From positions 132,152-196,151 of the forward strand of contig JBFWRP010000007.1 of the NCBI GenBank assembly GCA_050248855.1: 64,000 bases of DNA. Reading direction: 5' to 3'. The notes under the pieces are model-generated. The model did no database searches and was not told the DNA's origin. It saw only the letters and a program-made list of their open reading frames with translations. The DNA comes from Planctomycetota bacterium (GTDB lineage Bacteria > Planctomycetota > PLA2 > JAEUHO01). A program made the position numbers and the translations under genes. Numbering within the stretch: the first letter of the stretch is position 1; the number at the start of each line of letters is the position of its first letter. Below, one piece after another: positions 46,919-56,045 of the stretch.

Positions 46919-47979
46919 CAGGGCGTCTCCGAAGGCGTCGTCGTGGCCGCGGCCCGGAGGGCCACCCGAACGAGCCACGCCATGCAGCCGATGGCCACGA
47001 GGAGCATCACGGCGAACAGCACGATCGGGCCCACGTCGACATCGGCCTGCGGCGGGGGCTCGATACCCGCCGCGGCAAGGCGCCGGGCGCGCACGGCCAG
47101 GCGCAGCAGCACCTTCGCCACCAGCACCCCGACGCCCGCCGCGAGAACCAGCACCAGGGACCGCAGCGACGGTCGGCGAACGTGACGCCACGCCAGGAAG
47201 GGCACGAGCAGACCCAGCACGATCCCGATTCCCAGCGAGGCACCGGCCCGCGCGCCGCCGACGTCCCCGGGTCGCGCCAACAGCTGGCCGACACCCAGCA
47301 GCACGGCGACGACCGTGGCTCCCACGAGCACGCCCAAGCCGCGTCGGTCGAAGGACGCCGCCAGCTCGGCGTCGTGCGGACGCCGGAAGGCGCCTCGCAC
47401 CAGGAACACGAGGCTGCCGAGGGCGATGGCGCCCACGATCTCGTGCGACCAGCGCAGGAGCACGTTCGTGTCGGCAAGGCCGAGGTTCCAGCCCGGGCGA
47501 CCCAGGGCCGCCATGGCCTCGGGGTGCTCGGACAAGCTCACGTTGGCGGCCAGGACGAACGAGAAGACGAGGAGGGCCATGAAGGGAAGGGCGCGAAGGG
47601 CAACGGAGGCTTCGCGCCCCCGCTCCAGGCGCCCGCCCACGGCGTAGGCCGCGTAGTACCCACCCATCAGGACGAAAAGGACGCCGATCCACGGCCACGC
47701 CATGTGGATGCTCGACGCGTAGAACCGTTCGCCGTGGACGAGCTGCAGGAAGAGCAGCGGCGCCACACCGAGGGTCACGGTCATCGAGAACGAGGGCGGG
47801 AGCAGGCCCGCTGCCGCCCTCTGCATCTCCCGTTCGCCCGCACGGGCCGTGGCGAGGACGAACGCCGCGGCGACCAACACGTTCATCGCGACGAAGTGGA
47901 GCACGAGCGTCAGCGGGTGGAGGATGTCCACCAACCACAGGGGAGCCGGAACGGCCGGAGCGGCGGCGAGGGCCTGCAT
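46918..47979 (-). CDS. Membrane subunit, probable second CydA-like (CydA') partner
   Basis: About 9 TM helices; LHFVAMN, TLGVAPLLFLQ...FY; coupled to the CydA-like gene. Confidence 0.6.
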   Translation of the reverse strand: MQALAAAPAVPAPLWLVDILHPLTLVLHFVAMNVLVAAAFVLATARAGEREMQRAAAGLLPPSFSMTVTLGVAPLLFLQLVHGERFYASSIHMAWPWIGVLFVLMGGYYAAYAVGGRLERGREASVALRALPFMALLVFSFVLAANVSLSEHPEAMAALGRPGWNLGLADTNVLLRWSHEIVGAIALGSLVFLVRGAFRRPHDAELAASFDRRGLGVLVGATVVAVLLGVGQLLARPGDVGGARAGASLGIGIVLGLLVPFLAWRHVRRPSLRSLVLVLAAGVGVLVAKVLLRLAVRARRLAAAGIEPPPQADVDVGPIVLFAVMLLVAIGCMAWLVRVALRAAATTTPSETP

Positions 47980-47980
47980 G

Positions 47981-49396
47981 TCAGCGCTCGCCGGTGGCGC
48001 TCTGCTTGTACTTGGCGCGGTACTCCTCGTCGATGCGCTTCATCATCTCCTCGGGCAGCCCACCGCTGCGCCACGCATGCTCCGGCCGCGCCAGGATCTC
48101 CTCGACCTTGGCCAGGATCTCCTCATCGCCCTGCGCCGCCTCGTGCACTTGGTCGAGGAACTTGGTGTAGAAGTTCTCGGCGACCTCGAAGAAGCCGTGC
48201 CACTGCGTGTAGTCCGGCCCCTGCATCGATGCGCCGTGACGAGCCCGCCGCCCTTCGTGGTGCCACAGCCGGAACCACGTCCACTCGAGCTCCTCGTCGA
48301 AGGGGGTCGCCGTCAGCTTGTCCTTGCTGTAGAGCATCGCCATCAGCTGCGAACCGGGAATCGCGAACTTGTCGTTGTAGAGCTCGATCGCGCTGTCGAA
48401 CTGCACGTAGAAGTCCTCGTAGAACGAGCGGATGTGACAGGCCGAGCAGACCTCCTGCATGGCTTGGCGCTTCCCTTCCCAGTCCTGCTGATGGACGGAA
48501 ACGGGCGGACGTAGGGTCCACGACAGGCGCTTGCCCGGGTCATGCGTGATGGGCTGCGACTTCGTGGCGCTCATGTGACACGTCGCGCAGGTGGGCGCCG
48601 CAATGTAGTCCTGGCCGGCGATCCACGTCTTGCTGTCCAGGTTCATCTCGTGGCGATGCGCGTAGAAGGCGATGCCGTGTTTGGACTCGTCGTAGATCTC
48701 CTTCTGCGGATGGTCCGGGCCCAGGTGGCACTTGCCGCAGTTCTCGGGCGAGCGGGCGACGGCGCGCTTGAACGAGTGACGGCTGTGGCAAGCCGCGCAC
48801 GACCCTCGCGTCCCGTCGAGATTGAGCCGGCCGACGCCCGTGTTCGGCCACGTCAAGGGATCGAAACGGGGCGCGCCGCTGTCGCGGCGCATCACGTTGC
48901 CGGCCTCGTCCTTGAGCAGCTTGACCTCGCTGCCGTGGCACTGCCAGCATCCGTTGGCCGCGGCAGCCGGGCCTTCGGCGAACTCGCCCAGTACGTTGTC
49001 GAGCGAGTGGAGGATCTTCCCGGCTGCCGCGTGGTGGCTGCCCTGGAACTCCTCCACGACTTCCGCGTGACAGCGCGCACAGTCCTTGGGCGTCACGATG
49101 GTGGCGATCCATTGCCCCTCGTGGCGGAAGGCATCGGGCTCGCCCTCTTCGGCCTGATGGCACTCGACACACCCCACGCCCTTCTCGCCGTGCGTGCTGT
49201 CCTTCCACTGCGCGGTGATCACCGGCGTCTGCACGCCATGGCAATCGACGCATCCGCGATTGACGTCCGTGACGACGGCCTCGGGCTGGGCCTCGTGGCG
49301 GATCGACTGGGCCTCGCGGTACGAGACCACGACCAGCATCGCCACGAGCAACAGACCGAGCGCCGCGATGATCCAGTTCTTCTGGGCCAGGGTCAT
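47981..49396 (-). CDS. Membrane-anchored octahaem c cytochrome, Hao family (reductive epsilonHao-like)
   Basis: 8 CxxCH (CVDCH, CVECH, CARCH, CWQCH, CAACH, CGKCH, CATCH, CSACH); HSRH.F, CHLGPDHPQ.EIY.ESKHG, MQGPDYTQWHG. Confidence 0.88.
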   Translation of the reverse strand: MTLAQKNWIIAALGLLLVAMLVVVSYREAQSIRHEAQPEAVVTDVNRGCVDCHGVQTPVITAQWKDSTHGEKGVGCVECHQAEEGEPDAFRHEGQWIATIVTPKDCARCHAEVVEEFQGSHHAAAGKILHSLDNVLGEFAEGPAAAANGCWQCHGSEVKLLKDEAGNVMRRDSGAPRFDPLTWPNTGVGRLNLDGTRGSCAACHSRHSFKRAVARSPENCGKCHLGPDHPQKEIYDESKHGIAFYAHRHEMNLDSKTWIAGQDYIAAPTCATCHMSATKSQPITHDPGKRLSWTLRPPVSVHQQDWEGKRQAMQEVCSACHIRSFYEDFYVQFDSAIELYNDKFAIPGSQLMAMLYSKDKLTATPFDEELEWTWFRLWHHEGRRARHGASMQGPDYTQWHGFFEVAENFYTKFLDQVHEAAQGDEEILAKVEEILARPEHAWRSGGLPEEMMKRIDEEYRAKYKQSATGER

Positions 49397-50460
49397 GCGA
49401 AGGACTCCCAGAGGGTGAGTGCGACGAGCAGCAGGACGACGCCGCAGCCGATCCAAGCCGACAGTTCCGAGCCCGGTCGCTTGCGACGGATGCGTCCGTC
49501 GATCACGGGCCAGAAGAACATCAGGAACGAGAACGCACCCATCGCCAACAGGGCTGCCGAGAGCCCCATCAGCTTGAGGGTGCGGAACGTGAAGTACAGG
49601 TACCACTCCGGCTTGACGTGGGCCGGCGTGGTCGTGGGGTCGGCCGCCGCACGCAACGGCGCGGGGAAGATCACGGCCAGCGCGCAGAGCAGGATCGTCA
49701 GCGTGAGAGCGAGGATGAGCTCGGTCTTCACGTGATCGGGGAAGAACGGATACGTCGGTGTCTTCACACCCGTCTCCCGACGACGCACGTCGGCGACGCC
49801 GTGCAGGCGCACGAGAAGCAGGTGGACGCCGAGCAAGAGGAACAGCAAGGTCGGCAGCACGCCGATGTGGAAGACGAACAGACGCGAGACGGTGCGGTCA
49901 CCGTTCTCCGGCCCGCCCAGCAGCAGGTTGCGAAGCGCCTCGCCGACGACGGGTACTTGGCTCGTGATCTGCGACGCCACGTTGACGCCCCAGTAGGTGT
50001 TCTGGTCGCGGATCAGCGAGTAGCCGGTGAACCCCATCAGCAGCGTCACGCCCAGGATCAAGCAGCCCACCATCCACGTGAGCTCACGGGGGCGACGGTA
50101 GGCTCCCGTGAAGAAGACGCGGACCATGTGGAGCAGGACGGTCAACACCATCAGGTGCGCGGCCCAGTGGTGGATGCTGCGGATCCACCAGCCGTAGGGG
50201 ACGTCGCGCGTGATGCGCTCTACGCTCGCATAGGCCTGGGCGCCATCCGCGCGGTAGTGGAACGTCAGCAAGATGCCCGTCACGACCTGGACGAGCAGCA
50301 GGAACATGGGCGTGCCGCCCAGGCAGTACCAATAGGCCTTGAGGTGCGCCGGAACGGGCTCGTTCAACCCGGCCGTGAGCTTGGCCGGGTCGACGGGAAG
50401 GCGCTCCCCCACCCAGCCGCCGAGGCCGGGACGACCGGCGTCCGACATCGACCCGCTCAT
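49393..50460 (-). CDS. qcrB: Cytochrome b of a Rieske/cyt b complex (fused b6 + subunit IV type)
   Basis: YCLGG, RSIHHW...LHMVRV, YRRPRELTW, TGYSL, H-x14-H, KPEWY. Confidence 0.92.
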   Translation of the reverse strand: MSGSMSDAGRPGLGGWVGERLPVDPAKLTAGLNEPVPAHLKAYWYCLGGTPMFLLLVQVVTGILLTFHYRADGAQAYASVERITRDVPYGWWIRSIHHWAAHLMVLTVLLHMVRVFFTGAYRRPRELTWMVGCLILGVTLLMGFTGYSLIRDQNTYWGVNVASQITSQVPVVGEALRNLLLGGPENGDRTVSRLFVFHIGVLPTLLFLLLGVHLLLVRLHGVADVRRRETGVKTPTYPFFPDHVKTELILALTLTILLCALAVIFPAPLRAAADPTTTPAHVKPEWYLYFTFRTLKLMGLSAALLAMGAFSFLMFFWPVIDGRIRRKRPGSELSAWIGCGVVLLLVALTLWESFA

Positions 50461-50990
50461 GCCGTCTCTTCCTCGTACAGGACGTAGAGCGACTCCCCGC
50501 GGCGCACCAGATCGACACGCGCGAGCTGTTGACCCGCCTCGGCCGGCGGCCCCGCGAAAGCCCTTCCGTCCGCGTCGAACCAGCCTTCGTGGCACGGGCA
50601 GCGGAACCAACCTGCGCGCTTGTCGGGGTTCCTCTCGTCGGAGGACGGAGGCACCCAGTGCACGCGGCACCCCAGATGGGGGCAGACATCGCTGAAGGCC
50701 GCGAACTCATCGCCGGTGCGCCGGACCTGCAGGTGACGACCGTCGGGAAGCGTGGCCGCAAGCGTGCCGCCCTGGGGAATGGCGTCCACGAAGGCCAAGA
50801 ACACTTCGCGCTCGCGCCGGCGGGAAGGCGGGTTCAGGTAGCCCACGACACGGGTGACCCCGTAGCCGCCTGCCCCGGCAACGGCGCCCGCCGCCGCCAA
50901 CCCCGAGAGGAGCACGCGGCGCGACGGCTCGACGTGCCTACCCGAGGCCTCTTCGACATCGCGTCGTGCGTCATGGGCCGCGTGCGTCAC
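50457..50990 (-). CDS. qcrA: Rieske [2Fe-2S] protein
   Basis: SRRVLL Tat motif, CPHLGC, CPCHEGWF. Confidence 0.92.
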   Translation of the reverse strand: MTHAAHDARRDVEEASGRHVEPSRRVLLSGLAAAGAVAGAGGYGVTRVVGYLNPPSRRREREVFLAFVDAIPQGGTLAATLPDGRHLQVRRTGDEFAAFSDVCPHLGCRVHWVPPSSDERNPDKRAGWFRCPCHEGWFDADGRAFAGPPAEAGQQLARVDLVRRGESLYVLYEEETA

Positions 50991-51102
50991 GAGCCGCCCT
51001 CCGCGAGCAACTCTACGTAGCCGCCTCGCCCCCGAGAAGCCCGCAGCGCATCGGGAAGTGGCTGGGAAAGGCGACAAGAACGGTCGTTTGGATCCCCTGC
51101 CC

Positions 51103-52200
51103 CTACCGACGCCTCACACGGACCCCGTCGATCTCCGGAAGCGGCGTGTCGTCGTGGATGCGCCTGTCGCGAGCTTCCACCACCGGCACGATGCGGATCG
51201 TACGGGCCTGCTCCGATCGCAAGAACCCCGCCTGGACCAAGCGCAGCACGAGCGCATGGATCCGATCCTTCATCCGGGCGCGCTCCTCGGTCACGGCAAC
51301 GACGTACGCGGGGCCTTCCGTCCAGGTCACGGTGGCGCTGTGCCACGGTCGCAGCGGCAGCTCCTCGGCCGGCGTGCCGAGCAGGTCGGCGGCCCAGCCC
51401 AGGACGAGCCGCGTCGGGTCGTCGAGCTTGTTCCTCGCGCCCACCCAGTACGCACGCCGCCGCTCGACGCGCCGCACGGCCCAGACCGAGCGCTCACGGC
51501 CAGGAGCCACCTGGCGACTCCATCCCTGGGGGTAGAGCGGCTTCTTCGTGAGCAAGTCGTAGTTCGGACGCGGCGGTAGATCCCAGCTGCGAGTGACGTG
51601 TGCGCAGCCCGACCCACCGATGGCGATGCCCCCCCAGCCGCCCAGCCCCTCGCTGTCCTCGACGTAGATGGCCAGCTCCGGCGTGACCAGCGGAAGTACG
51701 TGCGCCATGAAGCCCTCGTGGCGCCGTGTCGCAAGCAGGTTGCCTGCCGCGACTCCCGTCTCGCTCATCGAATGCTTGGCCGTGTCGAGCTCGAGGATGC
51801 GCAGGAGGACCTCGGGGTGCTCGCGGCCCGGGGCCGAAGCCAGCAGCAGCGTGGGGATCGCGTCGGCCTCGGCGAGTCGGAGCAGGAGGGGCGTGGGCAC
51901 GTCGGCGTCCAGCAGGATCAGGACGTCCATGAGGTGACGCCGGGCCAGGAACGAGTGCTTGCCGCGGACATCCGCCCAGCGGTCGAGCGCTGCCAGCATG
52001 TCCGGCACGAGCTCGGGCATGGGATCGCCGGCGAGCAGCCAGCCGGCCCACGCCACCGTCTTGGCCTCGGACGAGGCCAAGTCGCGGCGCAGGAGGCCCG
52101 CGCGATCCAACGGCTCGTCGGCGGCTGCCACTCGTGTCGTCGACGAGCAGACTGCGAGAGTCAGGACCAGCACACCCAGGACGGTCCATCGCGACGGCAT
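51103..52200 (-). CDS. Hypothetical exported protein
   Basis: Signal peptide (AAA/DEP); helical-repeat-like N-terminal half. Confidence 0.6.
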   Translation of the reverse strand: MPSRWTVLGVLVLTLAVCSSTTRVAAADEPLDRAGLLRRDLASSEAKTVAWAGWLLAGDPMPELVPDMLAALDRWADVRGKHSFLARRHLMDVLILLDADVPTPLLLRLAEADAIPTLLLASAPGREHPEVLLRILELDTAKHSMSETGVAAGNLLATRRHEGFMAHVLPLVTPELAIYVEDSEGLGGWGGIAIGGSGCAHVTRSWDLPPRPNYDLLTKKPLYPQGWSRQVAPGRERSVWAVRRVERRRAYWVGARNKLDDPTRLVLGWAADLLGTPAEELPLRPWHSATVTWTEGPAYVVAVTEERARMKDRIHALVLRLVQAGFLRSEQARTIRIVPVVEARDRRIHDDTPLPEIDGVRVRRR

Positions 52201-52267
52201 GGCGGGGACAACGCGGCCCGACGTTCCCGGTTCGCAGCGCGTGATGGCCAAGTGGTAGGCTTCGGAC

Positions 52268-52870
52268 GTGGATCCGCCGGAAGCTCCCCCTCCGCCCGAA
52301 CGCACGCCGTCGGAGTCGATCGGGTTCCTTCCGCCCTTGGCCGAGGCCTTGGAATCGCTCTGCACGAGCGACGACGACCTGCTCCTGTTCACCGCGGCTG
52401 CGGCGACCCTCCTGCGCCAGATCGACGCGCGGTGGTTGGACCGCCCCGAAGCTGCCCGATCGATCGCGGTGGGGTTCCACCGCGTGGGCGCGTGGGTGCG
52501 CCCTCACCAGAGTCGCTGGCTCGCCGATGGCTCCTTCGCCGCACCGCGGAGCTACACGCCCCACGAGCATGAGTCGGCATCAGGTGCCACATGGGTGGTG
52601 GCCTCGCGAGCCGAACCGGACTGGCGCGTCGCAGGCGCCCCTCCGAGCCTCCGCGCGCGGCGGGGGCACTTCGTCCTGCGCGTGTCTGTTCCCGCGCGTA
52701 GCGCGCGACACGCAAGTGCCGCCATCACGGCAACCTGGATGCCGCGTAGCCCTTGGCAGGGCCGCGACGGCACGGAGCCGCGCCGGATCTGGCTGGGACT
52801 ACGCCGCGATGCGCAGGGTTGCTGGCGTCCCGCGGCGCAGTGGGATCAGGGATCCGACCCGACCGCCTAG
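52268..52870 (+). CDS. Hypothetical protein
   Basis: 200-aa ORF filling the gap; no recognisable motif. Confidence 0.45.
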   Translation: MDPPEAPPPPERTPSESIGFLPPLAEALESLCTSDDDLLLFTAAAATLLRQIDARWLDRPEAARSIAVGFHRVGAWVRPHQSRWLADGSFAAPRSYTPHEHESASGATWVVASRAEPDWRVAGAPPSLRARRGHFVLRVSVPARSARHASAAITATWMPRSPWQGRDGTEPRRIWLGLRRDAQGCWRPAAQWDQGSDPTA

Positions 52871-52908
52871 CGGAGTGAGCAGTACGGGCGCGTGGCGTCT
52901 CCCCGCAG

Positions 52909-54498
52909 CTACTTCGCCGACGGCACGTTCAGGTGCTCGCGGAACTCGCCTTGCGTGGCCGCAGCGATCTCCTTCAGGAGCTGCGTCATGAGGGCCGGGG
53001 TCTCCGAGAGGTTGGGCATGCCGCGATCGAGGTTGAGCAAGGAGAGCCCGATCGTGTGCACGGCCACGCGACGGAAGCGCGTCCAGGCGCGGACACTGGC
53101 CACCAAGCCATCCACGGTCCAGTAGCGTCCCGCCGTGGGGTTGCCGTCCGTGAGCAGGAAGATCGTGTCGAACGAGGGATCGCTTTCGAAGGCCCACTCC
53201 AACGCCTCGAACAGGAACGTGTCGCCCTCGGGCTCGGACATGGTGCGCTCGGCCCAGGACGCGGCCGCCTTGACGGCGCCGGGCGAGGCCTCCGCCAGCT
53301 CCTTCTTCCAGGCCAACGGCTTCTCGGCGTAGACGACGACGTTGAACGCCGTGCCGGGCTGGAGTGCCTCCAGGACCCGAACGAGCTCATCGCGGGCCAC
53401 GTCGATGCGATGCGGCTCCTTGCGCCAAGGCCACGTCATGGACGAGCTGGCATCCACGAGGAAGAGCACACGGTCCGTATGCACGTCCACGCCGTGGTAC
53501 GAGGGAACGGTCGTGGCGGGAAGCGTGCCCGGATCCTGTTCGGCCAGCCAGGCGTTCCAAGTCGCAGGATCATGACCGAGCGCCTTGCCGCTGATCGCGG
53601 CGAGCGCCGAGGCCGCCACGTGGCGCGTGCGCAGGCGTGGGTCGGCAAGCAACCCGATCAACGCATGGGCGACGACCTTGCGCTTGGCCGCCCCCGCCGC
53701 ATGCGCCGTGGCCTCCTTCACCCAGGCGTTCTCATCCTGGAGGAGTCCGCGGACGGCCGCCTCGGGCTCGGCATCGAACGGCTCGAGCGCGGCCAGCCGC
53801 TCGGCCGCCGCCAGGCGCACCTGCCACTGCTCGTTGCGCGCAGCTTCCAGCAAGAGGGCACGCGCGTCTGCGCCGGGACAGCGCACGAGCGCTCGCAGGG
53901 CCCGGTAGGCCAGCTCGCCGCCACTGGTGCTTGCCGCCTCGCGCTCGTAGATCTCGCGGACGGCCTCGGTCGCGGCTTCGACCGGTGAGGCGGCCAGTGC
54001 GTCCAAGCAGGCGCCACACACCTCGGCGTCCTTGGCCTTCAGTCCCTTGCCCGTGAACCAGGCGCGCACGTCGTCGCTCGGATCCTGGGAGAGCATCTCG
54101 CCGAAGGCGAACCAGAGCGTGGCGTCCTTGCCCTTCTGCAGCGCACTGACGAGCGTGTCGAGGGCCTTGTCGTCGGCCATCTTGAGCAACGCGCGCATGG
54201 CGTAGAGCCGATGGTCCCCGGCCGTGGACTTCTTCTTGACGAGTCCGACGAGGAAGCGCACCGCCGTGTCGCAGGGCGCACGCTCCAGCGTGCGCAGGAT
54301 CTCGAGCTGGCGATCGCTGTCCTTCAGCTTGGGCTTCTTGCTCTTGACGAGCTCCTCGAACTCGTCGGCCAGCTCCTTGGCCACGGCATCCGTGGAACGC
54401 CCCACGGTGCTGCCGTCGGCAGCCACGTCGCGGGGGCCCACCAAGGCCAGGCCCCCCAAAAGCAGAAGTGTCGCGGCAAGCGCTCGTGTCGTCCCCAT
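52909..54498 (-). CDS. Exported HEAT-repeat plus VWA domain protein
   Basis: Signal peptide; HEAT-like repeats; MIDAS motif VDASSSM...T...LTDG; VHTIG. Confidence 0.85.
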   Translation of the reverse strand: MGTTRALAATLLLLGGLALVGPRDVAADGSTVGRSTDAVAKELADEFEELVKSKKPKLKDSDRQLEILRTLERAPCDTAVRFLVGLVKKKSTAGDHRLYAMRALLKMADDKALDTLVSALQKGKDATLWFAFGEMLSQDPSDDVRAWFTGKGLKAKDAEVCGACLDALAASPVEAATEAVREIYEREAASTSGGELAYRALRALVRCPGADARALLLEAARNEQWQVRLAAAERLAALEPFDAEPEAAVRGLLQDENAWVKEATAHAAGAAKRKVVAHALIGLLADPRLRTRHVAASALAAISGKALGHDPATWNAWLAEQDPGTLPATTVPSYHGVDVHTDRVLFLVDASSSMTWPWRKEPHRIDVARDELVRVLEALQPGTAFNVVVYAEKPLAWKKELAEASPGAVKAAASWAERTMSEPEGDTFLFEALEWAFESDPSFDTIFLLTDGNPTAGRYWTVDGLVASVRAWTRFRRVAVHTIGLSLLNLDRGMPNLSETPALMTQLLKEIAAATQGEFREHLNVPSAK

Positions 54499-54568
54499 GC
54501 CCTGATCCTAGCGACCGCCGAGGCCGGGGGCAGGATGTTGGCCGGCGGACCCGCCGCGGGACGCTCCG

Positions 54569-54991
54569 ATGGGCCATTGGATGAAGCGTGTGTGGACGCG
54601 GGCCGGCGCCGCGGCGCTTCTCGGGGTCGTGGCCGGCACCGCCCAGCCCAGGGTGCGCGTGCTTCTCGGACACGGAGACGGCACGTTCACGAAGACGCCC
54701 GCTTCACCCATCGCCTTCGGCACGGAGCTGTCGTACATCGCCGCCGGGTCCATGAGCACGTCCCACGATGACCTCTTGGTGGCAGATCGATCCGACAACA
54801 CGGTGACGCGCCTGCACGTGCTTCGGCTCGTGGGTGGCCAGCTCCAGGACATCGCAGGCTCACCCGTGAGCTTCCCCGAGTACGTCGGCCTCGACATCCA
54901 GGTGGTACGCACGCCCACGTTCGACGGCGGCCTGGTCGCGGCGTTCGCGCTGCCCCATGTAGGCGAAGTGCGAGTCGTCTCGCCCGAGTAG
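54569..54991 (+). CDS. Short FG-GAP-repeat-containing ORF (possibly a fragment)
   Basis: VRVLLGHGDGTF and DDLLVAD..DNTV FG-GAP-like segments; too short for a full propeller. Confidence 0.45.
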   Translation: MGHWMKRVWTRAGAAALLGVVAGTAQPRVRVLLGHGDGTFTKTPASPIAFGTELSYIAAGSMSTSHDDLLVADRSDNTVTRLHVLRLVGGQLQDIAGSPVSFPEYVGLDIQVVRTPTFDGGLVAAFALPHVGEVRVVSPE

Positions 54992-55840
54992 ACCCGACGC
55001 GGGCAGCTCACACGAACTTCCACGTCGCCGTACGGCCTCCCGGCAAAGCCTCGAAGGCGCGTGCGCCATCGGCGGCAGCACGGGCACGTCCTGACGCCCT
55101 TGCCGGAGCAGCACGATGTGCCCGGCATGCGTCTCGCCGAGCGCGGTCCGGCTCTCCATCCAGTCGCCGCAGTTGGCGTAGAGCACGCCGCGGTGCAGGC
55201 GCAGCTGCGGGACGTGGATGTGGCCGCAGATCACGCCGTCGAAGCCCCGTTTGCGCGCGAGCCGGACCGCGGCCACTTCGTAGCGCAGCACGAAGCGCCT
55301 GGCGGTCTTGGAGCGGGTCTTGACGAAGCGGGCCAGCGAGAACGGCTCGGCGCTCCCCACCGCGCGCTGCACCTTGCCCAAGGGACGATCGGCCACGAGC
55401 AGGGCCGCGTAGATGCCGTCGCCGGCACGGGCGGCCCAGCGCGCGACGTGGATGTCCTCCTCCAGCTCGTCGCCGTGGATCACCAGGAAGCGGCGGCCGT
55501 CGACCCCCTCGTGCACGAGCTCACGCTCCACGCGAATCGGGCCGAAGCCGTGGCCGCAGAGGCCACGGAACGCCTCGTCGTGGTTGCCGGGCACGTAGAA
55601 GACGTCGGTGCCGTGGCGCGCCATCTCGTGCAGGCGCTCCAGCACCTGCCGGTGGGCACGCGGCCAATGCCAGCGGCGCTTGAGGCTCCAGAGGTCCACG
55701 ATGTCGCCCACGAGCACGACGCGCTCGGCGCGCACCCGCCCCAGCAGCTCCAGCAACGCCGACGCCGACGCGTTGCGCGCGCCCAGATGGACGTCGGAGA
55801 TCCAGAGCGTCCGAAGGTCGGCGTCGGGACGGGCGATCAT
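54860..55840 (-). CDS. LpxH-like metallophosphoesterase (UDP-2,3-diacylglucosamine diphosphatase family)
   Basis: ISDVHLG, VGDIVD, PGNHD, IHGD, ICGHIH, NCGDW. Confidence 0.88.
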   Translation of the reverse strand: MIARPDADLRTLWISDVHLGARNASASALLELLGRVRAERVVLVGDIVDLWSLKRRWHWPRAHRQVLERLHEMARHGTDVFYVPGNHDEAFRGLCGHGFGPIRVERELVHEGVDGRRFLVIHGDELEEDIHVARWAARAGDGIYAALLVADRPLGKVQRAVGSAEPFSLARFVKTRSKTARRFVLRYEVAAVRLARKRGFDGVICGHIHVPQLRLHRGVLYANCGDWMESRTALGETHAGHIVLLRQGRQDVPVLPPMAHAPSRLCREAVRRRGSSCELPASGLLGRDDSHFAYMGQRERRDQAAVERGRAYHLDVEADVLGEAHG

Positions 55841-56045
55841 GGGTTGGCCCTCCACCTCCATGGATCGCCTGGGACGTGCCGGGACCGAACGCTGCGTCGT
55901 GGCGTTGCTGGGCGCCTTCTCGGGCTGTTCGGCCAGTCTTCACGGCGCGCTCCGGTTTGGGCTCCCGGCGCCGTGCTCGTCGCCCCCGCGACACCCCGGA
56001 AATCCGGCCTCGGGGAGCAGTTCAGTTGACGGGGCCCAAGGGCCG

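Noticed and set aside
47981..49396. Evidence for ammonia oxidation or anammox
   Set aside because: No amo, cycAB or hzs genes in the window, and the Hao homologue seems to lack the cross-link Tyr.
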